DNA from: Mobula hypostoma
Taxonomy: Eukaryota
NCBI RefSeq assembly: GCF_963921235.1
Contig: NC_086097.1
Coordinates: 89,530,001-89,594,000 of the forward strand
Length of the DNA: 64,000 bases
Direction: 5' to 3'
Numbering within the stretch: the first letter of the stretch is position 1; each line of letters starts with the position of its first letter. This document shows, in pieces, positions 60,191-64,000 of this stretch. The position numbers were made by a program, and so were the translations under genes. Below the pieces are notes generated by a model. That model had not been told where the DNA came from, did no database searches, and was given only the letters and a program-made list of their open reading frames with translations.

Positions 60191-61469
60191 TTCCTAATTT
60201 ATTGAGACTAGATAAATCTTCTGTATCCTTACAGTAACAGCAATCCATATTTTCATAGTAGCACCAACATAGTTAAGCCAAAGGCACATCACAGGACCAA
60301 TAATAATACCAAATATCTTGTTTTTATGAGACCAAGGTTGTTTTAAGAAGCGGATTAAAGAAAATAAGCATGATAGAAAAGCAAGGATGTTTAGCCAGGA
60401 AAATCCATGATTTCAGACCCAGAGATGCGAAGGCAATTCTGGGTCAATTTGTTTATAGAGTGAGAAACAGGATGACCGAGTACTCAGACAGTTCTACACT
60501 GGAGGAGATTGGAAAGAGATTTGGAAGTAAGAATGTGAATGTGTAAAATCACTCCATCCTACTAACACCACACTTACTTTACCATGTTCCACTCGGAATT
60601 AGCATGACTCTGCCCAAACTAACTTCACAAAGACGACCTGCTGAGAGTGCAGATCTCTACCCACTCATTTAAAGCCATAAAATCCACCTAAAAAAAACCC
60701 TTTGATGTACTATCCTACACTCCCAGTAATCTATCAATAGGCAAGATGGAGCTCCTTCTTGATTCAGTGATTTAGCAGCCACTGGCGGAATAAAAGCTTA
60801 TTCAACAACTTCCTGAACTGTATCCGCTGGTCGTAGATCTTGAAAGGCTTTTCTCTGAATATAACACAACTGCAGGATATAGGTAAACCTGGGAACACAA
60901 CAGGAAGTCCTATGTCTGGGCACTAAAGGACACTGGGAGTCACAAAATGGACTACAATGACTCAGTGGACACATTGATAAAAGGGCATATAATTACAGAA
61001 TTGGCAGTGGTAGTAACTAATTCTTCGCCTTCCATTGTACAAAACCTGTACTCAGAGGATTCAGGCATTGTGATGACCAGCACAAGCTTCCTGCCCTTGA
61101 ATTCCTACGGGGAAACTGCAGTAACAATGATTCGCAAGCCATCCATCTATTCGTGTAATTTCAGGTTTGGCAAAATGAGATGCTTGTCTTGCCAGCTATT
61201 TGGTGTTGACGTTGTGTGCTGTTTTGTTCTTGCACTCTCTGAGATTGCCCCTTAGCCCAGTAATGATAACAGATGTATTTATTTGTCACCATAGCCTAAT
61301 AAAATGCAGTTCACCACAGCACTAGCAAGCAACATTAAGCCATATAAGTGGCATAAAACTTGGTTCAAAGAGGTCGGTTTAGGGAAGGACTTAGTGAGGA
61401 GTGGGAAGTAAAGAGATGGAGTAATTTTCCCAGGAGATTCCAGAGCTAGGATAAAGCCAGTCTTTGTCC

Positions 61470-61830
61470 TAGGGTGGGGAAATCCCAAACTCAAGGACAC
61501 ATATTTCAGGTGAGAGGGACCTGTGGGGACAGTTTTTCACTGAGTGGGGTGGGTATATAAATTGGGCTACCAGAAGAAGCTGCGATATGGGTACTATTAC
61601 AATGTTTAAAAGACACTTAGACAGGTACATGGATAGAAAAGGTTTAGAGCAAGGGTTCCCAGTGTGAGGTCCACAGACCCCTCGGTTAATGGTAAGGCTG
61701 GATGACATTGAAAAGGTTGGGAACCCCTGGTTTAGAGAGAGATGCAGAAAATGGGATCACCCTAGTGGGACATCATTGAGGAGGTAGTCTGAATGGCCTG
61801 TTTCCATGTTGTACGACTTTGTGACTCTAT
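61470..61830 (+). mobile_element. CR1 3' end hosting a hAT MITE
   Basis: atgtttaaaagacacttagacaggtacatggatag (FKRHLDRYMD); tail ggcctgtttccatgttgtacgactttgtgactctat. Confidence 0.75.
61650..61729. mobile_element. 80 bp hAT (Charlie-like) MITE
   Basis: TIRs caagggttccca / tgggaacccctg. Perfect 8-bp TSD GTTTAGAG (61642-49 / 61730-37). Confidence 0.88.
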
Positions 61831-62687
61831 CTTTGAGGGATTGAAATTTGCCTCACTCTGTCACACACTCTTCCCTATTCTGAATATTTCCTTTGTCATT
61901 CCCATCTTCACACACACCTCTCTACTACTTAAAAATAACCCATTATTTCATGGACTGGAAATATTAACTGCATCTCTGCCCATAGATGTGCTGAGTACTT
62001 CCAGCATTTTCTGTACTTGTAATTTCCAATATCTCTGTTTTGCTGCTTTTTGAAGTCTCCCATTTGTAGACTCAGACTTAATCTGGCCGGGTTGCTTAGC
62101 CATTTCAGCAGGCAGTCACAAATCAGCCATTGGTGAGGTTCCCAGGAATACCAGCTGGAGTGAGGGTGAGCAGATTTTTAAAATGTTTTAAAAAAATCTG
62201 TTTAAAAAACATTATTTATTTATTTATTTTGTTGCCGGGGGGGGGGGGGGTGGATTTTTGCATGGTTCCTTGGTTCTTTGTTTTGCGGCTGTCTGTTGGT
62301 AAGATGTATCTCAGATGTTGTACACTACATCCATACTTCGATAATAAATGCACTCTGAATCTCCTGTGATGGGACTCGTTACGATTATCTGTACGGTATC
62401 ATGCAGCTTTTTATGGGCGCTTGATTTAAGCAAGTTAGCTGCTGCATTTCCTACATTACAGCAGTGATGGCAAGCTCTATTGGCTGTGAATAATTAACCG
62501 CTCAGTCAATCCTCATCATACCTGGATGAATTGTTAAGCTGTTCTCCCAAGTCCTCTGGCAAATTATTCAGTTGTATCGAAAAGATAGGCTACTCCTCTA
62601 CCACTCATTAACTTTATCCAGGGCAAGTATGATGATGGGGGAAAAACCTGACCTAACTAGTAACCACCATGTCCAGAAAATAAAATA

Positions 62688-62772
62688 CTGTGTGTGTATG
62701 TGGTGTGCTTGTACACGTGTGGTTGTATGTATATACGTGTGTATGTGTATGCGTTTGTGTTTGTGTGTGAGT
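62688..62772. repeat. Degenerate (TG)n microsatellite
   Basis: tgtgtgtgtatgtggtgtgc...gtgtgtgagtg. Confidence 0.8.
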
Positions 62773-63319
62773 GCGAGAGACCGAAACTGGAACATTGGTT
62801 TAATGCAGAAGTCAGGTAGCAGCGTAAAAGTAATAAAGCAGCCACTTGTAGTTTATAGCCCACAGCGCCAATAATTGCTCAGTGACCTTGTCTGCCATTT
62901 GTTTTCTCTCCATTAGCTTGACCCCTTGTGAACCTCCTGAGAGGCCTTTACTTTTCCAAAAAAACACACATTGTGCAACATCAGTCTTTGAGAGCAAAAG
63001 GACATCAGTCGGTCTTGGTCTTGATAGCACGTTGTGTACACTGGTTTTCAATTCCCAGGGTTAAAGGTCAGAGAGCCAAAGTGCCTTGTCTGGAGTCTCC
63101 TCTTTGCTGGCATTTCACTCAGACTAGCCTGTGATCTATCATCCATTGTATGGTCCCAATCCGCTGGATTCCCACCCTCATGTTCACAGATTGCCTCTGC
63201 ATCTCCTGCGGCTTAATGACATTCTAAATATCAGCAGTTCTCCAGTTCTAGCTTTATCCCCGATTTCCTTCATTCCCCACCAGATGAACTGCATTTGAAT
63301 GTCCAGGCCCTAACTTCTG

Positions 63320-63520
63320 AACCTTCGCCTGCCTCACTGCCCTTCTCCTCCTCAGCCCCCTCCTTTCACCCCTCTCCCCCTCCCCTCAACACTCACCCTT
63401 TCACCACTCACCCATCTCCACTCTTTCCTCTCCCCTCTCTCCTCACCCCTCACTCCTCACCCCTCACCCCTCACCCCTCACCCCTTGCAACCTCCCATCT
63501 TTCCACCGTTTCTCTCCTCA
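63320..63520. repeat. C/T-rich low-complexity tract with (CACCCCT)n
   Basis: ctcacccctcactcctcacccctcacccctcacccctcacccct. Confidence 0.8.
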
Positions 63521-63614
63521 CTTACATTGCTCTTTTAAACCTATTAATTCAACTAAGATTTAGATCAGCTGTCCTAATTAAAAAAATAAACCCTGGCATT
63601 AACCTCAATGGGCT

Positions 63615-63900
63615 GTAACTGAAGCTTGATTAGACCGCAGTTGGAAAACTGGGCAACACTCTGCTTGCTTTATTATAACAAAGATAGTGAGTGGCTGAAA
63701 AATGTCCACATGTTTAACACAAATAACAGCTTTATTCTCTAGAGAAGTGAAAGCTGACAAATGACTTTGAAGTTCTTGAAGTAATGGAAGTCTTTCACTA
63801 GCTGGACATGGAGAAGATATTTTGATTTGGAGGAAGATCCTAAACTCAGGGGGTTAAGACTATACAACAGTTAACAATATCCTTGGGGGAGCTCCGCAGA
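63615..63900 (+). mobile_element. Very old CR1 C-terminal relic
   Basis: LIRPQLENWATLCLLYYNKDSEWLKNVH aligns with [28 protein letters not shown]. Confidence 0.5.
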
Positions 63901-64000
63901 AACCTCTGACACAGATATCAGACTGAAACTGGAGTACACTTGAACAAAAGTACAGTAAGTAACACACAGGTACTTGATTATGCATGCTAGGGAGAAGAAT

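Noticed and set aside
60947..61255. 102-aa ATG ORF in unique-looking DNA
   Set aside because: No recognisable domain or splice support; the length is compatible with chance.

Overview
This is eukaryotic, repeat-dominated DNA with no host protein-coding exon that I can support, so it is probably intronic or intergenic. The repeat set (abundant CR1 and Rex1/Babar LINEs, HE1-like V-SINEs, Deu-domain SINE relics, Penelope-like elements) suggests a cartilaginous fish, probably a ray; that is inferred from repeat content only. Every ORF in the track that I recognise is a transposon remnant. Retroelements: CR1 (one near-full-length with a zinc-finger/esterase ORF1; one young 2.9 kb copy with a near-intact ORF2), Rex1/Babar, L1/Tx1, an I-group (Nimb-like) LINE, L2, GIY-YIG Penelope-like elements (PLE) and two solo LTRs. 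DNA transposons: a Tigger/pogo deletion derivative, a Tc1 relic and a hAT MITE. Most interesting: (1) tiny TSD-flanked PLE terminal-repeat units carrying a minimal hammerhead-ribozyme motif, one with an intact core inside a 70-bp-arm hairpin (31093-31301); (2) a composite element bounded by two palindromic Tc1-TIR mini-MITEs (33990-34530); (3) a ~300 bp palindrome and a solo LTR inside the Tigger; (4) a three-level nest L1 > solo LTR > CR1 with exact TSDs; (5) at least six non-coding elements with different bodies but one shared 3' tail, one containing a 51-bp VNTR. Family names are by motif recognition, not database search. Boundaries without a stated TSD are approximate.
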